Source: Marsupella aquatica
Lineage: Eukaryota; Plantae; Marchantiophyta
Length of the DNA stretch: 64,000 bases
Assembly (NCBI GenBank): GCA_973895155.1
Contig: OZ316898.1
Span: 1,649,927 to 1,713,926 of the forward strand
Reading direction: 5' to 3'
Below the pieces are notes generated by a model. That model did no database searches and was not told where the DNA came from. It was given only the letters and a program-made list of their open reading frames with translations. Below are positions 14,166-27,310 of this stretch, one piece after another. Numbering within the stretch: the stretch's first letter is position 1; the number at the start of each line of letters is the position of its first letter. The position numbers were made by a program, and so were the translations under genes.

Positions 14166-14998
14166 TTTTTTGCCTTGGGATCAGTCTCCCGGTTAGGATT
14201 TTTGGTTCCTTTGCAGTTATATATATTTGGTGGATGGAACCCTAACCAAGATGCCCCAAAAAGGCAAACTTTGTCTACCCAATATGAATGGAAGACTAAT
14301 AAATGACAGCCCCAAAATTAATTAACCCTAAAATGACCCCTCCAACACATCTAAGTCACAAAAACTGACACATCTAAGTCACAGAAATAGAGGGTGAGTT
14401 ATCAAAGAGCTCTCTGACTAAAGGTGTGATAAAGGGGTTCTCTTCAGCAGTAAGTTGTCTTGTTCAAATTAACTCTTGAATTTTGATATAGATGAAGTAT
14501 CCAATCTATATTAAGTGCACAAACGTTACATATCTTTATTACTTCCCCCACATAAACCCAGTGGGTGGGTTCTACACTAGCTTAATTATAAGCATTCCAA
14601 GGAGACCATCACTTTGCAGGTTGAAGCACCTTCGGGAGTAAGGTATTCTTGCAGTTTCAGCCTGTATTCTAAAAGTGAGTCAACTCAAGTGAAAATAAAA
14701 GTGAGTCAATTCAAGTGAAAATAACTGTCGACTGACACACCCGAGGTTGACCCCTTTGTGGAAAACTCAATTAAATATAAAATTTCCATTCCACCAATCT
14801 TAATTCAAATTGATAAAGTGTTTGTCTACAGTGTTTTTAATGTGGCAGAGCCCATCTGAACTAGCCAAATCCGCCACATCACTGTCCATGATGATCACTT
14901 ACTATTATACCCTGTTGTACCTCGAAGAACGTGTTGCTAGGCAGGGTGTAAGCATGGGCAAACCCACAATGTTTGGGTAAAATCTGGGCAGTCATTGA

Positions 14999-15296
14999 TG
15001 TAAGAACTGTAAGCTCCGGACTAGACAGCAATGCGGAAACATGAGAGAGAGATTCACTCAATCAGACGCTACACTGACAAGACACCCCGAGTGGAGAAAC
15101 TCCTGAAGGCTCCATAGCAAATGAGAGTACATGTGAAGAATGAGGGAGAGAGTGCTCTCCCTCCAGCCTATACCCCCCAAGGGGGCCAAGATGAGTGGGC
15201 CTAAACTAAGCGGATCTTATCCAAATGTAATCTAGGGTTAACTAACCCTAATAAGACCAAGCTAACTATGTTGGGAACTGGAGTCAATTCCTAACA
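14999..15296 (-). repeat. 3' LTR of the copia element
   Basis: TGTAAGAAC...CCTAACA, with adjacent PPT (minus strand CAAGGTGGAGAT, 15297-15308). I count 8 substitutions versus the 5' LTR. Confidence 0.95.
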
Positions 15297-15363
15297 ATCT
15301 CCACCTTGACTCAAGTTCACACAATGAGTCAGGTGATATACAATATGCAACTAAGTAACATAT

Positions 15364-18300
15364 TTACATAGTCTCCGGTTTGGCCCTAACATTAATAATA
15401 TCCACACAATGACTAAAGCTACTGGTAGGTAAAACTTTGGTAAGCATGTCTGCCGCATTCTCCTCTGAAGCCACCTTCTCCAGAAATATCTGCTTTGTCT
15501 CAATCACCTCACGGATGAAGTGATAACGAATATCAATGTGCTTTGTCCTAGCATGGAACACAGGGTTCTTAGCCAGATGCAAAGCACTTTGACTGTCGCA
15601 CAACAGCACCGGTCTTTCAGGTGAAAGACCCAGATCACTCACCAATCTCCTTAGCCAGATCAGCTCCTTGGTTGCCTCACATGCAGCCATGTACTCAGCC
15701 TCAGTAGTAGACAACGCAACACAAGATTGAGTTGCCGACTTCCAGCTGATACAACCTCCACCCAGCATAAACACATAGCCTGTAGTAGACTTCCTGTTAT
15801 CCAAGTTACCAGCATAATCTGAATCTACAAAACCTTCCAACTCTAATGTACAGAGTCTGCTTTACCGTCAAATAAGATCCCACAATCTAAGGTACCTTTC
15901 AGATACCGCAAAACCCACTTCATTGCTTCCCAATGAAGCTACCAGGATTTGCCATAAATCTGCTCAAAATGCTAATAGTGTGGGCAATGTCAGGTCTAGT
16001 GCATGTCATTGCATACATCAAACTACCCACAACACTATCATAGGGAACATGTTTCATTGCCAGTCTATCACTCTCACTAGAAGGGCAATCATCCTTTGAG
16101 AGTCTAAAGTGGGAGGCCAATTATGGAGTACCAACTGGTTTTGCATTCTCCATTCCATACTTGGCAAGTACCTTCTCCAAATACTGCCTCTGAGACAACC
16201 ATAATTGCCTTTGCTCCCTGTCACGATGAATCTCCATCCCTAGTATCTTCTTGGCCTGACCCAAGTCCTTCATTGAAAACTCCTTGTAACTCAGCATTGC
16301 TTTCAGATGGGCAACATCAGACTTATTCTCAGCCAGGATAAGCATGTCATCCACGTACAATGCCAGCACAATGTAACCAAAACGTGAGTAATTCTCCACC
16401 TCCTTCATGTAAATACAACAATCATGTTCACTTCGTGTGAACCCCTGAGATAACATGAAGGAATCAAAACGCTTATTCCATTGTCTGGGACTCTGCTTCA
16501 ATCCGTATAACGAGCGCAAGAGCTTACACACCAAGTGTCTGGTCTTCTCGTCAATAAAACCTGGAGGCTGAGTCATATAAATCTCTACATCAAGCAATCC
16601 ATGTAGGAAAGCAATAATTACATCCATCTGATCTAACTCAAGATCATAGAATGCCACAATCGCAAGTAAAACACGGATAGTAGCGAGTTTGACAACTGGT
16701 GAGAAAATCTCCGTGTAGTCCAAGCCCTCCTTCTGGGTGTACCCTTTGGCCACAAGGCGTGCCTTGTAAGTGCCATCCTGCTTCTTCTTGTACAACCATC
16801 TACACGGAACCAGTGTTTTCCCGTGAGGCATGTCAGTTAAGCGCCAAGTTGAATTCTTCTTCAAAGAATTCATCTCCTTCAACATCGCCTCCAACCATTT
16901 ATCCTTCTCTGGTGAGGCCATAGCTTCTTCATAGCTAGAGGGCTCTCCATGTTCAGTAAGCAAAACAACACCGGGATCAACGTCATGTTCAACAACGTGA
17001 ACACGAGGATCTGCAAAACCAAATCTATCAGGGGGTTGGCCAAAATTGGCCTTGGTGGAGCGCCTTGGTTGAGGAATTGCTCCTCTACCAGAGGGACCAG
17101 CAGCTTCCTCATCACCACCAAGCTCCACCGTAGTGGGTTCCTCCACCTGTTCCTCCTGAATATCCCGGGGTCTTGACAACCATTCTTCGTCAAAAACAAC
17201 ATTTCTGCTCACAACTGCCTTGCAATCGACAGGATCCCACAATTTATAGCCCTTCTGCCCAGGACTAAAGCCTAGAAAAATACATTTCTTCGACTTGGGA
17301 TCCAACTTAGACCTGTGTGTCTGCTCAATGTGAACATAGGCAGCACAACCCAAAACTCGAAGTCTAGAGTAATCAGCAGGTCTCTTATACCACAACTCAA
17401 ATGGAGTCTGCATCAACTTACTACTATGCGGTGACAGATTGTAGACGTATGCAGCTTGGTTGACAGCTTCAGCCCAAAAGTTGTTGGGCAACTTGGACTT
17501 ACATAGCATGCTGCGTGCTTTCTCCAGTAATGTCCGATTCAACCATTCTGCAACTCCATTCTGTTGCGGGGTCTCCGGTATAGTGTAATGAAGCTTGAGG
17601 CCAAGGTCCCGACCAAATTGATCAAACTCATTGGACTTATACTCGCCACCGTTATCGGACCGAACACACTTCAACTCCTTCCCAGTTTGTAGCTCTACCA
17701 TGGCTTTCCATTCCTTGAAGATCTCAAAGACTTGAGACTTCTCCTTCATGTAGTACAGCCAACACATTCGAGAGTAATCATCTACAAACGTCACAAAATA
17801 TCTGGCTCCACCCAACGACGGCTTCGGCGCTGGACCCCAAACATCCGAATGTACATACTCTAGAATCTCATGAGAATGGTATGAACTAGAACTGAAACTC
17901 ACTCTCCTCTGCTTGCCGAAGATGCAATCTTCATAGAAAGAGAGTTTACCAGATTGAGCGCCTTGCAACAAAGCTCTGTTTGCCAAGGCTTCCAATCCTT
18001 TACCACTCAAGTGCCCCAACCGTGCATGCCACAAATCTATGGCTTGTGTGCGACCAGATGTTGAGGATGCTTCAATTGAAGCAACCGAAGATGATTCTGC
18101 GGCAGATGTTGTCCTGGCATCCAAACGTTCCACCATAGAATCCACATGCTCCACTCTAGGAGCAATGACATCTCCTTCCAAGATGTACAAATTATTCTGC
18201 CGTAGCGCCTTAATTAAAGATACATCATCTTTGACGACAAAGAGCGCACCATCACGTGCAGTGAAATGAGATCCACCAGCTTCCAAAGCACCAAGAGAAA

Positions 18301-19387
18301 TCAAGTTCTTAGAGATGTCTGGTATGTGCCTAACTCCCGTCAATGCTCGCACAACACCATCAAACATCCGGAATTTGATAGCCCCCATGCCAACAATCGC
18401 ACATCGGACACCATTTCCGATTTCCACCGTACCGGTACAAGGTTGGTAAGTGGAGAAATACGATTGCATTGGACACACGTGATAAGAGGAACCCGAATCC
18501 AACATCCATTTATTGTCATACACAGAATTCACAGCACCAATACATAGCACTTCAGCAGCATCCTCATTATCAGCAATCACAATACCAGCTGACGATGAGG
18601 ACGCACCATTGGAAGCAGGACGCTTTTGCTTCGATAGAGAAGGACAATTCCACTTGGTGTGGCCCTTCTCATGGCAATGCCAACACTGAACTTTCTTACT
18701 ACGGGACTTAGATTTAGATCTACTATGTGATTTAGATCTAGACTGATCCGTAGTACGCTCTGTCGATCTGCCTCTAACCACTAAGGCAACAGACTCATTG
18801 TCACGGCCAGAAAGTTGCCGCTTGCCCCATTCTGCAAGAATGGTAGCCTTCACCTCATCCAACTTCAACGTAGACTTGTCATGTGTGATGACCGTCACCA
18901 ATGTCGAATAGGTCTGAGGAAGCGACATCAACAAATGCATCGCAAGATACTCATCGGTCAACTTGTCTTCCGCCGTGGTCACCACGTGCACAATCTCATC
19001 GAAGAGACTGAGGTGATCACGCATGTTGCCACCATCCTTCAACTTCATCCTGAACAGCCGCTCCAAGTGATAAATGTGAGTAGTCAACGAAGTACTCTGG
19101 TATAGCTGAGTAAGCATATCCCAGATCTTCTTGGCATTCCGATCCATCCCCAACACGTTCTTGAGAATGTTGTTTGCCAAGAACAACTCAATTGTGCTAC
19201 ACGCCTGCACCGACATGTCCTCCCACTCTGCATCTGTTAGATTCGAGGGTTTCACTCCAGTGAGGGTCTTCTCAAGACCCTGCTGGATCAACACATTGGT
19301 CACCTTTCGAGTCCAGAGGCTGAAGCTAACCTTCCCGTCAAACTTCTCCACCTCAAACTTTGGCGCCACAAGCTTTCTTGAAGTCAT
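15364..19387 (-). pseudogene. Copia gag-pol polyprotein, disrupted
   Basis: Contains gag (FEVEKFDG), zinc knuckle CWHCHEKGHTKWNC, protease LDSGSS, GAG-pre-integrase WHARLGH, integrase core (VHSDVWG, SDNGGEY), RT (KARLVAKG, YVDDML) and RNase H (DSDYAG, ADMLTK). Disrupted by an in-frame TAA at 16121-16123 and frameshifts near 15935 and 15850; the integrase zinc finger has CxxC changed to YEDC. Confidence 0.92.
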
Positions 19388-20475
19388 TGATGCTGCCACA
19401 AACACACAGGAAATACACAACCGAAATACCTCCACCCAAAAATTCACCAAAAATTGAAAGTTGGCGAAAATGGAAATGGAATGCACCGCCGCGTAGCCTG
19501 CAAGGTACACTGCCAAGATCTGAAAATAATTCAGCGAAAAACTTCTTCAGCAAAAACTTATTCAACCCGGACCAGAGGGGGGTCAAAATGGTTGTTTTGA
19601 CCCCCATCAGGTATCTTAGGTCCCGAAAAAATTTCGCAACAGCAATGCACGAATCAATTTCACTAGCCCATGCTCAACTCCCTTGAGTATCCCCTTGCAA
19701 AGTGTCGCAAAAAAAATTTGCCTCAACGACCGCCGAAATTGAAAATTTCAGTCAAAAATCAGCTCTCTGGAAAAGTACAGTCGAAATGTACAGCAGAAAG
19801 AACATGGAGCCGACACCTGTCTGATTGGAAAAGAAAAGATCCAAACACGAAAGGAAAAGAAAAGAAAACAAGTAAAAACCCTTTGGCTATTGCAAAAAAA
19901 AATTAAGAACGAAAAGACTACAATCGTCCTCCCGGCCTTCAATTTCTTTAAGTAAAAAATCCTCTCGCACATAGGGTCGCGCGCCGGCCCATCTCCTTGT
20001 TCACCTATTGTGTACGCTGTACCTGGCAGAGTACAGGGATATATAATACCCCCTCGTACCCCCTCCCAAATCTGTACTGTGTAGGTACAGTAGTACCTTT
20101 TGTGTCCTTGGCCACCCACCTGACGCAAGCCTTAATTACAGGCTCCAAAGTGAAAGGAGCCTCGTATGCTCCCCCTCCTCACTTAAAGTACAAGCATAGG
20201 GCCTCGTGCCCATGTTAATAAGTGCTCCCTAAGGAAAGGAGTATGCTCGCTTCCCCTTTCCCCTCCTATTGCTTCTGCATAGGGCAATGGCCCCCTTAAA
20301 GCTCCCAAGAGAAGGGAGCTTTGAACTCCCCCTCCCCTCATTAGAGACGAACCTCAAGATCGAGGTTAATTAATGAGATTATCATTGATTAGCCCCGTAT
20401 CTTGCTGCCCGCTGCCCAGTATTACGGACGTTTGAATTAGGTTAAATACCTAGGGCGAGGCATTCTGGACATCAG

Positions 20476-20549
20476 CTGCCCCTGGTCTTGGTGGTAGAGG
20501 GAACTCACTGGCACGGGGTAGGTTCCTGGTTCGAATCCTGCTAGTCACA
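20476..20549 (+). other. tRNA-derived (SINE-head-like) sequence with Pol III A and B boxes inside the copia leader
   Basis: A-box-like TGGTCTTGGTGG (20483) and B-box GGTTCGAATCC (20528) at tRNA spacing, a CT-GGC-AC anticodon-like loop, and a T5 run shortly downstream. The acceptor and T stems are imperfect. Confidence 0.55.
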
Positions 20550-20846
20550 ATGTGTGATTTTTGTCAATCACCCCACCCAAAAGTGGGGATCATTCACCTT
20601 CTACTTACACTTAGAAAAAATATGAGCGAGAAGAAGATGCGGGCAGCAGGTGTGGGCAGTGGGCGGCGAAAAGGTACGGGAGGCTCATTATGAGCCTCGA
20701 AGTTGTCTTTCGTCGTGAATCTCCCCTCACTTTAAAACTGTACTTATAGGTACGACTGTACCTGCACAGACGTAAGGCCTTGCTCTAGTACCTCATAGGG
20801 CCTCGGGCCAGGGGCTCGACTTTCTCCTCCGCTCCTCCTTCAGTCC

Positions 20847-22961
20847 TGTAGTATTGTACTAAGGACATAAATCAACATTTAATATCCAAAACTCGGTATT
20901 CGATCCCATGGAAGAACAAGAAAGGAATGATTTTCTATCGTTTAACACTTATGAATGACTAAGGTAACAAAAACACAGGTTTGAGCCTTTTACTATGGTT
21001 GCTCAGCAAGACATAGATTTGAATGTTTGCTTAACATTGTAAATGCAATTAATAAAATGGAAACAAATAACAAAACACAATGAAATCTTGAGGTATGATG
21101 AGGGAGTCTGGAAAACACCAAGGTAACTTCTCATCAATGCTTCATTTGATGTGATTCTGGTGGTATATCCGTAAGAACATTTCTGGAATGGTTTACTGTA
21201 CTAGGATGATTACTAAAATGCCGTCAACACGTCTCAACTTTTCCTTCCAAAGGTACTCAGAAGAAACTAGTAATCAATCACTTCGATATCCAGTCGGTAC
21301 TCTGAGTCACGAATAATAAACACCATCATGATCAAATTGAAGTCACAGGTAATTGGTGAGTAACAATCTTTGCATCCCATGCACAAGCAATGTCACGCCA
21401 AAAACTATGCATCAAGAACTCAAGAAGATGGGTTGTCACCACTTAAGGAATCTATTCCCTCATACTTCTGAGATTCAACTTCATACAAGTAATTTTACTT
21501 CAATGATCTAAACTCTCAATCATTCAGACCAAGGAAGGGAGAAGAATTCCTTTTGCATTTGCAAGCAAAGGTGATTCCAGTACTGCAGCACATGCCACAG
21601 GCACTACTTTATTTCTTCACACTTGAAAATGACACAAATTCTACTTCATATAGGCTAGCAGGAACCCAAGGAGACTGAGATACTGAAAGGATATGCCCTT
21701 TCATATCTAAAGGGTCTTGAATAAACTTAATGACGGTCATCCTTGAAAAGTGAATGGACACTGCTGAAAGTGTCAAAAATGCAGGGGACGCTTCTCAAAG
21801 CGTCGAGGTTTGAGCGGATGCTTCGCAAAGCGTCGGTGTTTGCGGTAAAACTAATAAACAGTGATTTTAATCTAATTTTAACTTCTAAACTAAAAGTCGG
21901 AATGAGTTGAAACTTTTCTAGGGTACTCTACTACATATAATCTCTATGCTGACAAAGTTTCAGACTTTTCTGAGATCTCTAAGTGTCTCAAATAAATCGG
22001 TAAAAGTGGCGCGGTGTTATAAAAGTGCGAAAACTGAAAATTTTTCTAAGTGTCGGGAACATAGTGGACGCTTCAGAAAGCGTCCAAAACTACAAAGGAC
22101 TTTTGTGGACGCTTCAGAAAGCGTCGGCTGAATTTTGAGGTTTTGGTCGCAGCGTCCGTCTTCTGGTCTTCGGGTGCGACGCTTCAGAAAGCGGCGAAGT
22201 CTGTCTTGGCGGACGCTTCAGAAAGCGTCGATTCTGCTTTGTCTTCGAACACGGTCGGACACTTCACAAGGCGTCACTTCTCATGTGGACGCTTCAGAAA
22301 GCGTCTCATCGGACTTTGGGGTTAGCGGATGCTTCTGTGGGCGTCGCTCCTCATGTGGATTGCAGAGCGTCGGAGTACAACTGGTTGGGTGGTGGACGCT
22401 TCAAAAAGCGTCGTGGTCTTGGGTGGACGCTTTTCAAAGCGTCCAAAAATACAAGGGACGCTTCACAAAGCGTCGGCGAAGTCGCGGCTATGCGAAAAAC
22501 AGCAAAACTAAATTAATTCTAACTTTCAAACCACATGTCGGTTTGAGATGAAACTTGCAGGGATGATTCTACTACGCAACTACTACCTCCTGAAAAAGTA
22601 TGAGACTTTTCTGACCATGATAGCTATTTAACTAAAATAGCAGAGATCGGCTGATTGTGATAATTGTATACAGAGCTCATTCTTGTTGAAAAAGTGTTTT
22701 GGAGTCCGGTTCTTGAATCTTCTAGTCTACATTGCTTCTCCAATGATGTCCAGTCTTCTTTCTTGGTAGCATGTAAAGAGCAAGGATTTATATTGGCGAT
22801 CCTTGTCCAATATAGGCAATAGCCTCCGATGAAGCATAACATTAGGTAAAGTGTTCGGTTGATCTAAATTGCTACAAAAGGTAACTAGATTGTACCTTGA
22901 GTTAGAAAAAGTTTAAAATTTATAAAATTTTCATCATTTCTAACTAATGTACATCATTACA
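20847..22961. mobile_element. Nested solo LTR (~2115 bp) of a different, probably Ty3/gypsy-type, family
   Basis: Starts TGTAGTATTGTAC and ends GTACATCATTACA (imperfect inverted termini, TG...CA). Flanked by 5-bp direct repeat AGTCC (20842-20846 and 22962-22966). No coding region. Confidence 0.8.
21787..22475. repeat. Array of ~12 palindromic repeats GACGCTT-N4-AAGCGTC with non-repetitive spacers
   Basis: Copies near 21787, 21816, 22066, 22107, 22178, 22211, 22257, 22287, 22327, 22394, 22425 and 22456. Confidence 0.85.
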
Positions 22962-23572
22962 AGTCCTTTGTATTCCGAGCCCTCCTAGCTCACTTGCGCG
23001 CATAGGGCAACGTGCCCGGGCAATAAAATCTCACTTTCGCCCCTCTCTCCGCACATACGCAAAGAAACCCGTCCGCACCGCCGTATTCTGTTGCGATGCG
23101 GCACAAACAAAAAATATACGAAAAGAAAAACAATTGCAACACCGGTCCCTCAACGCACGATCTTTTTACAAAGAAAACAAGACTTTTTGGCCCCACACAA
23201 GATTAAGTCGAAACATATACAAGCCATAACCTAGAGCATCAAGCTCTAAACAGCAACCTCAATCTACAAGATTACTCGGGACACCAATGATGAAAAGCAG
23301 TGACACCTTCACCAAAACGTAGTGCTCGCCGACGCGCATAAGAGATCGCTAGACTGTCCTTTTGACAGTACTTCAAAGAACAGAGACACATCCGACACTC
23401 CAAGCTGAAGTTTCAATCGGGAAACCGTCACCGTATTCAAGCACGAAACCTTCAACGCGAAACGACCAGTGAAACGATCATGCAACCGTCGACGACGATT
23501 CAATCTTCCACCACAATCCAACACAACGAACGCTCTCACCACTGCCCAGGCCACCGAACCACAAACACGAGA

Positions 23573-23583
23573 CTCTGATACCA
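23573..23583 (-). promoter_or_regulatory. Primer-binding site complementary to the tRNA-iMet 3' end
   Basis: Minus-strand TGGTATCAGAG, 2 nt inside the 5' LTR boundary. Confidence 0.9.
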
Positions 23584-23585
23584 CT

Positions 23586-23883
23586 TGTAAGAACCGTCAG
23601 CTCCGGACTAGACAGCAATGCGGAAACATGAGAGAGAGACTCACTCAATCAGACGCTACACCGACAAGACACCCCCAGTGGAGAAACTCCTGAAGGCTCC
23701 ATAGCAAATGAGAGTACATGTGAAGAATGAGGGAGAGAGTGCTCTCCCTCCAGCCTATACCCCCCAAGGGGGCCAAGATGAGTGGGCCTAAACTAAGCGG
23801 ATCTTATCCAAATGTAATCTAGGGTTAACTAACCCTAGTAAGACCAAGCTAACTATGTCGGGAATTGGAGTCAATTCCTAACA
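23586..23883 (-). repeat. 5' LTR of the copia element
   Basis: 298-bp near-identical copy of 14999-15296, followed by TSD ATTGA. Confidence 0.95.
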
Positions 23884-26800
23884 ATTGAAAACAAAAAAAA
23901 CTATCTCAACCTATTATAACACTCAGGCTGCCCCCTGCCAATTGCGGTTTATATGGAGGCATTGATATACAAATTCTGGTAGGGCGGCATCTGGAAAGCC
24001 CCATTTTTTTTTCCATATTCCACCTCCATATTTTACCTGTCAGCAGAAATTCCCACTATAGTTTGGTTCAAGTTAATTAGCCAATTCACACCAACTAAGC
24101 CACATGGACTAAAATCTGGGAGCTCTCTCTAAATTTAGGGAGATCCAACAGCCATAAATAAATCTTAAAAACTAGATGAAGACTATTCTTAGCATCTCCT
24201 CTTTGCTCCACAAGGAAACATTAACTTGTCACCTTGGCTACTATAAAAACCTTCAAAATGACCCTACTCCCAATATATCAAATATGCAGGTAGGCACATG
24301 GTCAGCCCTATGGCCCAATGATTATGGGAGGGGGGAGATGGTGACTTAGTCTGTTTAGGATTTAGCCTGCTTAGGGAAGGTTTTTGCCCCATTGCACAAA
24401 GGAGTACAAGTATATGGCTTAATTTCCAAACTTCAGCACAACCATGCCTACGCTTATGCTGTCAACCGCCTTCCTTGAATGGGGATTTTCATTTCCGCTA
24501 ACAGGACATATCAGGCGCAACAAAGAATATGGTCATTTTATTGATTCCAAAAGAAATATTTAATAATTTTCTGGGAAAAATATTAGGGTCTTTTTAATCA
24601 AATTTTTTAAAATGATTTCAAAAATATTCTAACTTTATATGTCCCCTTGCTGCATTGCAGATAAAAAATAATCAATTTTTCTTGCAATTTAGGGGGTGTG
24701 AGGCCTAAATTAAACAGTTTCAGGTATTACGGTGATGGGAGACCTAGATATAGTGAGACCCCAGAACCCCTAGCAACGCGCACCCCATCACCTCCTTTTT
24801 CATATTAGGCTACAGACCTATGAGTACGAGCCTGTAACAATGCCTCGTTGTAGACGATCTTTCAGATCAGCAACCCGGAACAGCAATTGTTTCACTCGTG
24901 GCACCAACATCATGCATATGCCTACTGCCCACTCCCTTCTGCACTGACTTGAGACCAATCTCTCGTGCAATAACGAACATGAGATTGAAGTCTGCAGTGA
25001 GTGATCGAATTCGCCCTTGCCTAAACTCATGCTGGAGAGGACCATCCATCCACCCAAAGTGCTGTCATTGTCATCTTATGATTGAACTCACGTGCTCTTC
25101 GCTTAATTCCTCTGTCAGCATCACAACCTACTATGAGATCTGTATCAAGATAAAATCCAGGAGATTCCATGAGGTGCAATGAATTTGTGCCATATCTTGA
25201 GTATGTTTCCCGATGACCTTTCTACATTCAATGAATTAATGTTCAGAAATAGATAGCAGACAGGTAAGTCTCGAGTTCTACTACTAGGATGCATGCCTAC
25301 CTCCGTCCAAAGATGTATTTTCTTGTCTGTCTTGCTCTGCTGTGATCTTTGGTACAGATAACTTGCAACAGTTGTATCAATGAGATCGTCGGATGACACA
25401 GATGACATTAACGTGAATTATAGCGCTTCCGTTCCCTCTCCCACAATTCAGATTAAAAGCCCGTCCAGCATTCTTGTAATTGGCTCTATTGAATCCATCG
25501 TGGGTAAACTCGTATACATGAATGTGACAGCCCCCTCTCCCTGTGCTTTCTTGGAGATGAAAAAAGAATCAAGCTTAGAAGTTCTAGCCCGAGTTCTAGT
25601 CAAGTCGTCATCACAAAAGCCTCGTAGCAGGAACTTCATGCAACTATAAGTGTCACACCGTGGTGCTGGAACAAGCGTTTTTGTTTAGAAGTAGGTATCA
25701 CTACAGGCCTTGTACAAGAACAGTGGCTGATGCCATTACCAAATCAAACCGGAAAGTGAAGGACGAACTTTGCAAATCAAACGTCTTTGTTGAGACTATA
25801 GTCGAGCTCGTTTGGTCACATCTTTCTCCTTGGACTAACATCTCGGAGGGCAATTCGTCCTGCATACCGTGAGCTAGAGGAGCGATTGGAGCTTGAAGTG
25901 CAACATATAACTAAGGCTCAATTGAACAAAAGTTGGGATCAATCGGAAATTGTGGGATCGACATGTATAGAATAGTAACAGATTCCCAGCAGACTTGGAA
26001 TATGTGGTCTGTCTGTCGGTACAAATATATAACACACCGGGCAGCTTGATCACACGATCGAGCTCTCGCTACATGTTTTGCGTTTTGCAAAATGTTTAGC
26101 TTTGCTATATGATAAAGGCGGGTCGGAGCATAATTGACCAGACGGACCGAGGTCGGGCATCAATATGAACGGAGAAGAAATGTTGGTCGGAGAACGGCTG
26201 GGAGTAGTTGGAGGTCGGGTCCAGTGATTTCACCACAAGGTCATGTGATTGCAAATCGTCTCCGAGGAGAATGTTGGAAGACTTGATGTCACGGTGGACG
26301 ATCGGCGCGGGGTTTTCAAATTTGTCACGAGCAACGTCATGAGTGTATGTCAGTTGTCACGTCGGTGAAAGTCTTGACAAAAGTTTAAGTGCCCATGTTT
26401 TTCAGCACTATTTAGTTCAGTACTCACGAAACGACCACGCTAACTGCTGTTCGATAAGGAGATGATCATTCGTTTTGAACTCTGGACGTTAATAGCACTT
26501 CGGGAATTCTGCGATTGTTATTTTTGGAGTTTAACAAGAAACATTTAGAACATAGCTTTTGGTGGGAGCCCACCCGAAGACTCCTGTAGGAGCTACGTAT
26601 AGAACAGACACTCACACTTTGTGGTCCCATTCCTTCCAATCATCGCCTCTTAAGAGTCACAAATCGAGACGCCAAGTATCCAATCCCCAGAAACAGATTG
26701 GTTGCAACTCCTTCCGATAACCTACCATGGAAGTTGTTTGAACTTGACCTTGAGGAATTTTCTCAACAAACAAAATCTTGGCCCACATCGAGCTAGCGGC

Positions 26801-27310
26801 CACCAAGCCTACTAATTACACCATGCATCTTGGTGGCTGATCCGGTATGGTCTTCTCATCATCGAAGCCCCTTATTCCTTCCAAAGTATGACATCGACGA
26901 TGTAGAACTCTTTCGTTACCACCTCGGTAGATTTGTGACATCGACAATATAGACCTCTGACATGGCTTTCCAATCTCCAGTATCGCTGACCGTTTTGGCT
27001 GATTCAGACTTAATGATGTTTACCTATGTTAAGAGGCAATCTTTTTCATAGATTTCGTTGGAACCAGTCATTTGAGGGGATTTCAACTTTGAACCAGGGA
27101 CATTGAGCTGATTGTATGTCACTTAGACGGTCCGTAGCTTTTGGAACCAGAATCATTCCGGCGGTTGCACGTGCCCTCGCTGTCCAGGGGATGTTGGCGC
27201 GCGGGTAGTACCTCGTTCGGATTACGATAAGATTGCTCACAGAAATTGAGTGTGTATTGTGTTTAGCTCGTTTTATGTTATTGAGATTTTCTTGTTAATG
27301 AAACTTCTTT

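Larger units (their letters stand above)
14999..23883 (-). mobile_element. Ty1/copia LTR retrotransposon (Tnt1/Tork-like), full length, decayed, with nested insertion
   Basis: Two 298-bp TG...CA LTRs, 5-bp TSD ATTGA (14994-14998 and 23884-23888), tRNA-iMet PBS, PPT, and gag-PR-IN-RT-RH domain order. Confidence 0.96.

Noticed and set aside
13579-14306. 160-170-aa hydrophobic ORFs
   Set aside because: Translations of a T-rich minisatellite in several frames.
20476-20549. Functional tRNA-Ala(GGC)
   Set aside because: Acceptor and T stems do not pair properly.
21787-22475. CRISPR array
   Set aside because: Plant nuclear context, no cas genes, short degenerate repeats with irregular spacers, and it lies inside an LTR.
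24818-27240. Coding-like fragments, possibly a decayed gene
   Set aside because: Short, stop-interrupted frames with no motif I can recognise; tBLASTx is needed.
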